This document shows positions 53,678 to 64,000 of a DNA stretch of 64,000 nt, in pieces. A program made the position numbers and the translations under genes. The DNA comes from Octopus vulgaris. Its lineage: Eukaryota. The notes under the pieces are model-generated. The model was not told the origin of the DNA. It saw only the letters and a program-made list of their open reading frames with translations, and did not search any database. Within the stretch, counting starts at the first letter, position 1. Every line of letters begins with the position of its first letter. The stretch lies in contig OX597834.1 of the NCBI GenBank assembly GCA_951406725.2, positions 31,744,001 to 31,808,000 of the forward strand, written 5' to 3'.

Positions 53678-56164
53678 ACTGGACAAGTAGACAGACATGC
53701 TGTGTTACCTTGAAGTAGTCTACATATCCAGACTTGTCTGCATCGATGAAGATAAAGTCTGCCTTTACACCTTCCTTTGCCAGGGTCTTCAATGTCTCCA
53801 GGGCAGGGCCTAGGGATGAGGAACAAAAAGGAGTGAGTGAGGGGTTAGGGATGTTATTCCCATTACTACAACCCATGACATACCCTTTTACACAAACCCA
53901 CCACCACCATCACACTTGTGCACTCACATACACCCAAGGTTTCTTTGAATGTTACTCTTTACAAATGTGTCTTGATGAAGACAGAAGGGGTCAGGAGACG
54001 TGAGTTATGTGACTATATCCCAACATCCCACTTGACCATGTGAACACATCCCACATGAGTCACTATGGTAACACTCCAGGTGACCACATTTCACATGCGG
54101 TAACACCACATGTGAATGCATCCCACGTCCCCCTCTTCATCTGTTCACTTGAAGAATGTTACCACGTGAGGTGGGCAACATGTGGGATGCATTTAGATGG
54201 GGTGTAAGACTCACTGTGACCACATTCCATGTAAACACATCCCATATGACCAGAGAAAATATAGTAACATTCTATGTGAACACAACCTACGTGTTCACAT
54301 GCTGTATGAGTACACTCCATGTGTTCTCATTCCATGTCTCCAAGTGAGTGTTGAAAATTGCAATAAGGAATGCATTGATGTGAGCATCAATGAACAGTGC
54401 ATTAAAATAAATGGTAGATTTATGCATGCATTAGAGAGAGTACTGACCACTGCATGAAACAGCATTGAGGGTGCATTAGGGTGAAGAGTATATTAATGAA
54501 GGATATACAAGAAGTGCATCAAGGAGTGAACTTATGCTGGGCAAACGTGCACCATGTGCTTACCAATTTTGACGGTGATTTTCTTGCCGTGTGGACTTTT
54601 ATCAAAGAAGCTGCGACCAGATTTCTCAAGGTAGGGTTCAATGTCACACGCAAACAACTGTCCATCGGCCGGAAGGGCCTCAGCCATGGACAAACTTGCA
54701 AATCCGGTAAACATGCCAATTTCTATCACAGTTTTTGCTTTCTGCATGCTGACCAGCATCTTGAGGACTTGACCTGCAAACACAGAAATCATAGGGGTTA
54801 GTATTGAGAATGAACAAGTGGTAGGGGATAGGATGGTGGTGGTGGTGGTGTTGGGGTTTGATGATTTTCTTTGTTGCAAAATTTTCGTACGAAGTTTAGT
54901 GTAATATTCAGAGGAAATCTAAGTACCCCAACATCGTTGTCACCACCACCAACAACAACATCATCTTCATCCCATACTTGCATGAGTCAAATGGGATTTG
55001 TCAACACAGATTTGCTATGACTGGATGCTCTTCCTGTCACCAATGCTCATCTATTTCCATGGAAGATAAAAAATGAAAGACACCCCTTCCATGACAGACG
55101 CTTAAAACTATCAAGGAAGACAAAGACACAGTAACACACACACACATCATAATTTTAGCATCCACTTTTCCATGCTCACATGGATCAGATAGAATTTGTT
55201 GCTGCAGATTTTCTATGACTAGATGCTCTTCCTGTCACCAACCTTCTCCTGTTTCCGAGTAAGGTAATATTTCCCAATAGCCAGATCTGTTTTCCACGGA
55301 AGATTGGAAATGAAAGTCACACCTTCCATCCATTTGTGTCAGTGACACTCATTTTGCAACTATCACATGATGTCAAGACAAGGTCTCACACACAAATATA
55401 TGAAAAGTTCTTGGATTTGGGTAAAAGCAAATACAATTATGATTTTATCCAATATAAATGATTTGGTGATTAAACGCAGATTCATACACTTATTGCAGCC
55501 CTAAAGATTTTCTAAGCCCTGTGAAAGAACTTGGAGGGCTGAGCTTCCAACCAGGCCTTCCATGATACCCTTAAAACCAGGAATTTTTCAGCACCCCCTC
55601 ATATACGATGGGCTTCTTTTAGTTTCTATATACCAAATCCTGCAGCTTGGCACCAATGATCACAATTCATTTCTACAGCTGAGTGAACTGGAGCAACATT
55701 AAATAAAGTGTCTTGCTCAAGAATACAACACACAACCTGATCTGAGAATTGAACCCACTACCTCATGATTGTGGGCCTGACGCTCTAAGCACTGATCCAT
55801 ACACACATACAAACCATTCATGGAAGTGTCCCAGTATGGCCATAGTTCCATTGAACGAAATGAGTAAAAGATAATAGATACCTGCCCATTCTCCCGATGC
55901 CATATTAGGGCTTAGCCTATACTGTGTGACTTTCTGCTGGGCCAAAAGTTCCCAATTATTGGTGTTAGTAAACTGAAGAATTTCCTGACGAACTGGTGTC
56001 ACTGGAGTGTTTAAGTTAATTGAATAACAGTCACGCTTGATGTGCATCTGTAAGATTTTCAAAAGTCGTTCTTTGGTCTCTTTGTCTTCAGTGGTCTCGT
56101 ACCAAAGTTTTAGCTCCTCCACAGCTGGGTCATGTAAATTTAAACCTTCTAAACTGTTGTCCAT
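49628..56164 (-). CDS. SAM-dependent O-methyltransferase (Methyltransf_3 / caffeoyl-CoA OMT-like, MysB-like). 5 coding exons, 267 aa: join(56164-55882, 54773-54564, 53809-53709, 52614-52462, 49684-49628)
   Basis: Exon lengths sum to 804 nt with no internal stop. All four introns are GT..AG with matching phases (1,1,0,0). Motifs: VIEIGMFTG (SAM-binding motif I), [14 protein letters not shown] and C-terminal VLLPVRDG. Start context is AAACAATGG with an in-frame TAA 6 nt upstream. Confidence 0.93.
49926..50637 (-). mobile_element. SINE family A with its internal microsatellite expanded to ~440 bp
   Basis: SINE halves at 49926-50135 and 50573-50637 flank a compound (TA/CA) array. Confidence 0.8.
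50909..51271 (+). mobile_element. tRNA-derived SINE family A (representative full-length copy)
   Basis: A-box TGGCTGTGTGG, B-box GATTCAGTCCC, CORE-like CCTTGGGCAAGT, internal TA/TG microsatellite. Further copies near 11455-11772(-), 25058-25345(+), 25364-25738(-), 60135-60432(+) and 63912-64000(+). Confidence 0.85.
51929..52141. mobile_element. piggyBac-type MITE (degenerate right end), in O-methyltransferase intron 4
   Basis: TTAA|CCCTTTTGATAC ... GTAACAAAAGAA|TTAA. Confidence 0.6.
52462..52614 (-). CDS. O-methyltransferase coding exon 4 ([18 protein letters not shown]...DPRVEQ)
   Basis: Acceptor TTTTAG|TCA, donor CAG|GTATGG; 153 nt, phase 0-0. Confidence 0.92.
52880..53410 (-). mobile_element. 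RTE LINE 3' fragment in O-methyltransferase intron 3
   Basis: [37 protein letters not shown]. Confidence 0.8.
53709..53809 (-). CDS. O-methyltransferase coding exon 3 (GPALETLK...[14 protein letters not shown])
   Basis: Acceptor CCCTAG|GC, donor AAG|GTAACA; FIDADK motif. Confidence 0.95.
54564..54773 (-). CDS. O-methyltransferase coding exon 2 (GQVLKMLV...EIGMFTG...[12 protein letters not shown])
   Basis: Acceptor TTTGCAG|GT, donor ATTG|GTAAGC; contains the SAM-binding motif. Confidence 0.95.
55398..55603. mobile_element. Mariner-type MITE in O-methyltransferase intron 1
   Basis: Imperfect TIRs TGAAAAGTTCTTGG ... CCAGGAATTTTTCAGCACCCCCTCATA. Confidence 0.55.
55882..56164 (-). CDS. O-methyltransferase coding exon 1 (MDNSLEG...NMASGEWA/G)
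   Basis: ORF 55763..56164; donor GCAG|GTATCT at 55882/55881, phase 1. Confidence 0.88.
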
Positions 56165-56303
56165 TGTTTACTGTTTGGGTGTTTGGCTGGTCAGGTTAGA
56201 GTTGGCAAAATGTCAGTCAAAGTAGGGAAGAAGTAACCAGAGAATAAAAAGAGGAAAGAAAAAAGAAAAAAAATTAATTATAACATACAATAGATACACA
56301 TAT

Positions 56304-56875
56304 ACAGGATGCGGTGAACGAACTGTTGTCTAAGTTACACAAAAATGAAAATAACACTGACATCTCATTTTAACAAATGCATTTATCAAAATTACATAAA
56401 AATATCTTTGAATACTAAAGAGTAAATTTATTCAATAAAATCGCCATTGGCTTCAACCATAACCTCCAGACAACTTCGGAATCTCCTGCAACTCTTTTGG
56501 GTGGCCTTCTTGGTTTTAAGTTAATGAATGTTGCCATAATCCTTGCCTTCAGCTCATCTTTGGTGTTACAAGGAGTTTTGTTGGTCTCTCGTTCAACTGC
56601 ACTCCACACAATAATCAAAGGGGTTGCAGTGTGGGGAGTTAGGGGTAATATGGCTGCAGAAATTGTCAGACAGCCATGACTGGGTTCTCCTGCTTGTGTG
56701 ACATAGGGCAGTCCTATTGCCAGACATAGGGTCTTCCAGCAGCCACCCTCTTCACCCAGGGCAGTACTACCTCCTCCAGGCACTTGATGTAAGCTCTCTG
56801 TGTTGAGTCTGAAGCTATGTGGGAAGATGGAGGCGTAACATCACCATCATTAGTGATCACTCCAAACAATGATGT
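56304..56875 (-). mobile_element. Second, 5'-truncated copy of the DD37D (maT-like) transposon, upstream of O-methyltransferase exon 1
   Basis: Homologous to 4340-4882 (e.g. ETNKTPCNTKDELKARIMA); terminal TA-CAGGATGC at 56302-56311. Confidence 0.85.
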
Positions 56876-57157
56876 TGTCACTCTCTGTACATGTCCTCAG
56901 ACTGACACCCAAACACTCTGACATATTCATACTGGAGCTTCCAGCACAGATGCCAAGCAGTACAGCATGTCATTACCAAATTTCTGGCAGAGTAAATTGT
57001 CATGGTGCTTTTTTTTTTTTCTCACAGTCAATTTTTTTAAAAACTCAGAAATTATTTATTATTGTTGTTATTGTATTTATCATCATTACTATGGTGGCAT
57101 TTCGTTTTAATAATTTAATCCTACTTAATTTAATTTTTTGAGAATTATCTCCCTTAC

Positions 57158-57545
57158 ATCTGAAGCAAAAATTAAACTTCTACAAAACTAAGTTATCTCC
57201 CTTGAAAATCTGCTCTCTGAATTCGTCGGAAGAGATGAGAAGCAATGGAATCTTCTGAGATTTGAACTGGGATCATGAATATACGGAGCGTGGGGGTATG
57301 CGGACTGCGTGTATTTGCTGTAGTCAAAGTTATTGTTTGTGTCTGAAAGGCAGACCAGTATCTCCATTAAATATTTCTTTAAAATAATAATGGATTGTTT
57401 TAGACACAAGTTTTGTGATTTTCAGGGAAGAAGGTTAGTCAGTGCCAGCGACGTCACAGAGCTGAATTGGTACTTCAGTTCATCGATTCCCGAGAGTTCC
57501 GGATCCCAGTTATCAACTCATTTGCATATAGCCAATCAGAGCTCA
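57158..57545 (-). promoter_or_regulatory. Candidate promoter and non-coding first exon of the O-methyltransferase
   Basis: Locally CpG-richer unique sequence with CRE-like GACGTCA (57450-57456), TTCCGG, octamer ATTTGCAT (57520-57527) and CCAAT (57532-57536). Minus-strand donor GAT|GTAAGG at 57158/57157; polypyrimidine/AG acceptor just before exon 1 (~56186). Confidence 0.4.
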
Positions 57546-58559
57546 GCTATCAAACTAGTGTTAGAAAGATATAATGTCATAAGTTGGGGAACTGATGAGA
57601 CTTGTTATAATTATAAAGGAAGAGAAAAAGAAGGTAAGTAATTGGTGAAATGAGAGAGGGCAACAGTGAAAAAGAGGCAGAGAAGACAAATAGGGAATAA
57701 AGAGAGAAAAAGGGATAAGAAAGATGGGAAGAAGGGAGAAAAAAACAACAAAAAATATATCAATATGATCATGTAAGTGAAATAGATATATAGAAAATAA
57801 ACTCAAGTGAGAGAGGAAGAGGGGAATACATAGAGGAGGAGGAGGGAAGGATGATAGAAGGGGATTGTGACGAGAGAGAGGGAAATGAATGTACAGAGAT
57901 GTATATGAAAATATGAGCAGGTCATAGACCCACATATGATAAGAGGTCATCCTTATAAACATGGATAATTTTTCAAAGTACAAAAATATAGATCATGCAA
58001 ACACAGACAAAACACCATGTGTAAGTGCGCATATACACACCCAGATCCATTCACACACACACTTACACATTATATGCATATATATTAGCACATGGTCTGG
58101 TCAATAAATATTCAGACTGTTGCCATAGTAACAAAGCTGAGGCATGCAGAGTGAAACCGCATGGCACATTGATTGGACTCTGCTGTGCATGCATACTAAA
58201 TTTTCATATTCTAGCTCACTTTTGCTGTTTACAGCAGTGCTTGGAAGGAACATGTGTAGTGTCAAGTGTGGGAATCCAACAGAGAAAAGGATGTTAATTG
58301 TTAAACACCAAAAATTACTCAGATATTTTATTCTCAACCTCAATTACAATCAGGTCGAAGTTGAGGACGAATTTCTTGAAAGAAAAGTACCTGTCACCTG
58401 ATTGTGTTTTAAAACTCTCTCAACTTACTCCTAAAGATGATGCAACATTTGCAAAGTAATAGTTTCAAACAGGTAGGGAGAAAGTAACAAGAAATCAGAA
58501 ATTACTTATTTTGCCCCATTCCTATAGTATTTTCAATTGTTGAAAACAACCTGCAACAA

Positions 58560-59480
58560 TCCTATGTGAAGGGAAGCGCAATCAAAGAAGCCTGGGTTAT
58601 AAAAAAAACATCAAGTCAAACCCAAAGGCCTTCTTCCATTATGCCTAAGAAACAGCCTCAGTATGATGCAAAATAGCACCCCTCTTCCAGAAGGATGGTT
58701 CCCTCACAGATAACCCAACCAAGATCAGTGAGTTTCTGAGAGACCAGTTCAAACATGTCTTTACTAACCTGTTGGGACACAGACAAGTGAATGAACCAGT
58801 GGATTTTTTTGTCACCTCACCTATAACCAGCGAGGCAGTTATGATGGATTACATCGACATTGTGGAAGAAGATATAATACTAGCCATAGATGAGGTTGAT
58901 GCAAACTCATCTGCTGGCCCTGATGGTTTCCCAGCAATCCTCGTCAAATCGTGTAAACGTGCCCAGGTGAAACCACTACAGATTCTCTTCCAGAGCTTTC
59001 TTGCAAATAGCCAGCTGCCAAGCAAATTAAAGGAGGGAATAATATGCCCAATCCATAAGAGAAGAAGCAGAGCAGATGCCAATAATTATAGGCCTATCTC
59101 TCTGACTTCAAACATCAGCAAAGTCATGGAACGATTAGTCAGAAGGAAACGAATTGCATTCCTTAATGAAAACAATTTGCTGAGTGATACCCAGCATAGT
59201 TTTCGAACAGGTAGAAGCTGCCTGACCCAGCTCCTATCGGACTATGACTAGGTATTGAGGCAGTTACTTGAAAACTCAAATATGGACGTAATATACTTTG
59301 GCTTTGCAAAAGCTTTTGATGAAGTGGATCATGGTATGATATTCCACAAACTGCGTGATTCTGGCATAGCTGGAAAGCTTGGAGAATGGTTACATGACTT
59401 TCTGAAATATAGAAGTCAGGCAGTAGTGGCCAATGGACCCACTTCAGAGAGAATACGAATAGTGAGTGGTGTACAGACAT
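58560..59480 (+). mobile_element. CR1/L2/Jockey-group LINE RT fragment (stop-disrupted)
   Basis: SSAGPDGFPA..ICPIHK..NYRPISLTSNISKVMERLV..QHSFRTGRSCLTQLL..DVIYFGFAKAFDEVDH. Confidence 0.9.
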
Positions 59481-59492
59481 TGTGTATTGGGA

Positions 59493-59655
59493 AAAAGGAA
59501 GCAGTCAGAATTTTGGATAATTCTTTATTAGGGCATTCATTTGTTTACTAAAATCGTCAAGGCAAAACCAAAATCAATGGTTTTGGTTTTGATGAGTTTG
59601 ATAAATGAACGAAAGTGATAATAAAGAATTATCCAAAAATCTCACTGCCTTCTTT
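59493..59655. repeat. Imperfect palindrome (~75-bp arms) at the end of the CR1-like fragment
   Basis: TTTTGGATAATTCTTTATTA..AAAACCA mirrored by TGGTTTT..TAATAAAGAATTATCCAAAA. Confidence 0.7.
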
Positions 59656-59669
59656 CTCTCTCTCTCTCT

Positions 59670-59770
<101 letters not shown>

Positions 59771-60719
59771 GTGTGAAGGCACATGGCTCAGTGGTTAGAG
59801 CATTGAGCGTATAATCGTGAGGTAGTGAGTTCAATTCCTAGAGCAGGCTGTGTGTTGTCTTCTTGAGCAAGACACTTTCTTTAATGTTGTTCCAGTTCAC
59901 TCAGCCATAGAAAAGAGTTGTGACATCACTGGTACCAAACTGTATCAGCCTTTGCCTTTTCCAGTTAATCCAAACATGAACAAAGAGAAAACACAATGCG
60001 AAAGGAAAGAAAGAAGGATTTAACGTTTTGAGCAGAGCTCATCATCAGAAACATAGAAAAAGGGAGGGAAGACGGAGAAAGAAAATCGCCAACGATACAC
60101 ACGCGGTCACATATTGAATATATATATAGGGATGAGTGGCGGTTTGGGCAAGTGCCTTCTACTATATCCTTGGGCTGACCAAAGCCTTGTCAGTGGATTT
60201 GGTAGGCGGAAACAGAAAGACGCCCGTCACACATGTGTCTTTGTGCCTGTGCTTGTCTCCCCGTCACCACTTTGTGAGTTTATGTTCCCATAATTTAGCG
60301 GTTTGGCAAAAGAGACTGATAGAATAAGTACTAGGCCTTAAAAAAATAAGTCCTGAGGTCGATTTGTTTGACTAAGACCCTTCCAGGCAGTGCTCCAGCA
60401 TGGCTGCAGTCAAATGACAAAGAGATAAAAGAATAGCACTTGCCTTTGAAGTGTACATATATACTGAAATGTTTTAATTATAGTGTTAATTAACATGTAT
60501 TACATTTTCATCCTTTATATTTATATATATATATTTTATATTGTTTTTGTATTTGGTTTTCAAGATTCTTTATGTGAATTAGTGTGTTGAAGCATATTTT
60601 ATTGTGTCTGGGGAGAGTCATTCTGTTTTTAATGCCTTATTAAATATATGTTACTTTACATATAATTTATGAGTTAATTCTATTTACTGAAATTTGCTAA
60701 AAAGCATATTTTGCTTTAA

Positions 60720-60938
60720 CCCTTTAATGTTCAGATTACACTGTTAGATATAATATTTTTTTACTCAAAATATTTTTAATTAATCCTGTATTATCTTATA
60801 GCTTTTGAGGTTTCAGTGATGTGATTGTTTATTTTTAGAATGTCAATGTAGATTAGGTGTGAGAGGCTAGATATCGCCAGTTTGAATATAAAACATAGAA
60901 TATTTGGGCCGGATATGGCCGGTTTAAACACTAAAGGG
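60720..60938. mobile_element. piggyBac-type MITE
   Basis: TTAA|CCCTTTAATGTT ... AACACTAAAGGG|TTAA. Confidence 0.85.
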
Positions 60939-61367
60939 TTAAAGTAGTTCTCCTTGTAGACACAATTGTCAGTAATCATACTGTTTCCATTTCTCTCAGC
61001 CAATATTTTTACATTAGCCTTCTTTCAAACTCTAAATAATGGAACATACAGCTGACCTTGTGAGAAGATTTGGGTCAGAAGATATATTCCAGTTTGTTCA
61101 AAAGTCTGTCTCTGAGCCTTGTTGCATGTCAAGGCAAAAGCTGGCTTGATAGGAAATAGTTTGCATGTAAATCATCATTATCATCGTTTAACGTCCGTTT
61201 TCCGCGCTAGCACGGGTTGGACGGTTCGACCGGGGTCTGGGAAGCCAGGAGGCTGCACCAGGCTCCAGTCTGATCTGGCAGTGTTTCTACAGCTGGATGC
61301 CCTTCCTAACGCCAACCACTCCGCGAGTGTAGTGGGTGCTTTTTACGTGCCACCTGCACAGGTGCCA

Positions 61368-61790
61368 GAATGTGAATGGAAATTCCATTTCTTGAGATAC
61401 GTGTGGTATTCTTGGGATTAGCAGAGCTGATCTTGCATAAGGACCAGAAGCAACCACAGCTTCAATAACATGACCATGTGAACTGACAATGATGTAGCAT
61501 ATACCATTGCAATGTCCATTAGTAGCATCTACATTTCTCAGAAGTATTATGCATTGTTTTCTCTTCAATTTGAGAATGTGTGGTGGAAACCCTGATGGTG
61601 TAAGCTTGTTGATGAACTCAATTGGATACAGAATTTCATTATCAACTGTATCTGAGATTATGTATATTTTTAGCCCACCAGATAACAGAAAATTATTCAC
61701 AAATTGTGCTATTTCATTTGTTGGCGTAACAATGGTTGTATTTGCAAGCCACACAGGGTTTGTGAAGTTATTTTTGAGGTCAGCATATAC
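61368..61790 (-). mobile_element. Helitron Pif1-like helicase fragment
   Basis: IVTPTNE..VNN..YPIEFINKLTPSGFPPHILKLK..IILLRNVD..GHCNG..LLIPRIP..FPF. Confidence 0.88.
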
Positions 61791-61984
61791 AAAATCACAT
61801 TTTTTTTTTTATGCCCTGCAACCATATATGCATATGTATGTATATATGCATATATTTTATATTATTATATGATCATATGCTACACATCCTTTTCCAAGTA
61901 AGTTTTATATATATATATATATATATAGATAGATAGATAGATATACATATATATATATGTATGTATATGTATATATATATGTAT

Positions 61985-62275
61985 ACTAGAGTATCGCCCG
62001 GCGTTGCTCAGGTTTGTGAATAACTATAAAGCATTTTAGAGAGTTATGCAAAAAATAGCAAAAATGGAAAAAAATTATGGTAAATTTTTTTGTAAAAAGG
62101 TTGAGTTGCGTCCCTAGACAGTCTGTGGTTGTTTTTTGATTCTCGACCCATGTGAATTTATCGATTTTTCAGAACTGGGTTAACTTTTCAAAATTTTCGC
62201 TGCGTTAGTTTTGAATTATGACATTGGCTATGTGTGTAAGTTTATCAGAATCGGTTGAAAGCCGTGGTCAGGGTG
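61985..62275. mobile_element. Non-autonomous Helitron/Helentron-like element fragment
   Basis: Begins ACTAG..GCCCGGCGTTGCTCAGG (CTAG terminus plus small hairpin) next to the helicase remnant. Confidence 0.45.
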
Positions 62276-62610
62276 AGGTGTGTGTGTGTGTATATATATA
62301 TGTGTGTATATATATTTTTTTTTTCTTGTCTCAGTCATTTGACTGCAGTCATGTTGGAGCACAAAGCATTTTTAACATTCTTCAGAAACTGATTGAAGTT
62401 TTGTAGACTATTCATGTATTGTATTCATATGTTTAATATATTATTGTCACGTGTGAAGCAACGGGGTGAGAATGGCTACAATTGTTTCGTTTATGCATGT
62501 GTGTATTATCTTCGACTTTTTCGGTCGTTGAACGGAGGCCTTGCTGAGGCACAGCATCGAATGGTTTTAGTTGAACAAAACGACCTTTGTAAGTTTTTGT
62601 TCTTTAAAAT

Positions 62611-63221
62611 CTGGTACTTAGTCTATCGATGTCTTATTACCGAACCGCTAAGTTACGTGGACGTAATGAAACCATTACTAGTTGTCAAAACGAGAGCCTG
62701 GTACTTAGTCTATCAGTGTCTTATTACCGAACCGCTAAGTTACGTGAACGTAATGAAACCATTACTAGTTGTCAAAACGAGAGCCTGGTACTTAGTCTAT
62801 CAGTGTCTTATTGCCGAACCGCTCTAAGTTACGTGGACGTAATGAAACCATTACTAGTTGTCAAAACGAGAGCCTGGTACTTAGTCTATCAGTGTCTTAT
62901 TGCCGAACCGCTAAGTTACGTGGACGTAATGAAACCATTACTAGTTGTCAAAACGAGAGCCTGGTACTTAGTCTATCAGTGTCTTATTGCCGAACCGCTA
63001 AGTTACGTGGACGTAATGAAACCATTACTAGTTGTCAAAACGAGAGCCTGGTACTTAGTCTATCAGTGTCTTATTGCCGAACCGCTAAGTTACGTGGACG
63101 TAATGAAACCATTACTAGTTGTCAAAACGAGAGCCTGGTACTTAGTCTATCAGTGTCTTATTGCCGAACCGCTAAGTTACGTGGACGTAATGAAACCGTT
63201 ACTAGTTGTCAAAACGAGAGC
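62611..63221. repeat. Tandem array, 7 x 87 bp, derived from an internal SINE segment
   Basis: Units start at 62611, 62698, 62785, 62874, 62961, 63048 and 63135; near-identical, with one 2-bp insertion. Confidence 0.95.
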
Positions 63222-64000
63222 AGAAAGGCAAACACGCACGCTCGTGCACACACATATACGACGCGCTTCCACGCAGTTTCCGCCTTCTACTAAATTCTCT
63301 CACATGGCTTTGGTCGGAGCTATAGTAGATGACAAAATCGTCCAAGGTGCTATGCAGTAGGACTAAACCAGAAAGCATGTGGGTACAACTCCGTAAATCT
63401 CTGAGCGACACAGTACTCCATAACCGCACAATCATACTTGTTGCACCAATTTTGAAAAAGAAATTACTTATTTATATTTCCACCCAACCCACCAAAGAAT
63501 TTTTAAAAGAAAAAAGGATTTTATACTAATTGCCATCGAGCTTACGATAATTTTTTCCCATCATGTTGATGCGCGTACATGATAATTAAATATCATAATA
63601 ATTAATTACACTCATCAATCACGGACTGTAATCTTAACTTGGCTACGTCCATCATTAGAGCGGCTGCAGCTTAAATGATTTCGTATTTAAACCTGTGTTG
63701 TTGTCTTTGCTTTTTATCAATCACTGACGCAACATCTGGATATCTTTTTCAGAGGGGAAAATATTTAAGACTACACCGTTCCCATTTTACGGAATGTTTG
63801 CTATTGTCCGTGTTTTGTTAGAAAAACGTGACTCTTATATAACGCAGCCGCTACGTGACTGGTTGTTTGATTTGCTAGAAATAACAGCCAAATCTGCTAC
63901 CAACTACTAGGTGTAGGTATGGCTGTGTCGTAAGAAGTTTGCTTCCCAACCACATGGTCCTGGGATTGGCCCCACTGCATGACACCTTCTGCTATAACCC

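Noticed and set aside
57188-57409. 73-aa ORF as an upstream coding exon of the OMT
   Set aside because: It terminates before the candidate donor, and the OMT frame has its own upstream in-frame stop.
62393-63360. 144-243 aa repeat-protein ORFs, or a CRISPR-like array
   Set aside because: Head-to-tail 87-bp SINE-derived units with no unique spacers and no cas genes; the ORFs follow from a unit length divisible by 3.

Overview
AT-rich, repeat-dense eukaryotic genomic DNA. The SINE families, (TA)n/(GATA)n/(CAT)n microsatellites and transposon mix look like an octopus (cephalopod) genome, which is an inference. Most of the ORF track is microsatellite noise. One intact protein-coding gene is supported: a 5-coding-exon SAM-dependent O-methyltransferase on the minus strand (56164->49628, 267 aa, all introns GT-AG and phase-compatible). 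By recall, its sequence closely resembles the cyanobacterial mycosporine-pathway O-methyltransferase MysB. The rest is decayed Tc1/mariner elements (DD34D, DD37D, DD41D), RTE, CR1-like, R4/Dong-like, Penelope-like and Helitron fragments, hAT/piggyBac/Tc1 MITEs and many tRNA-derived SINEs. Notable structures are a minimal hammerhead-ribozyme motif, several long hairpins, a SINE-derived 87-bp tandem array, and a triplicated unit that conserves MEF2/TATA and ETS motifs. Repeat-boundary coordinates are approximate unless a TSD or TIR is cited.
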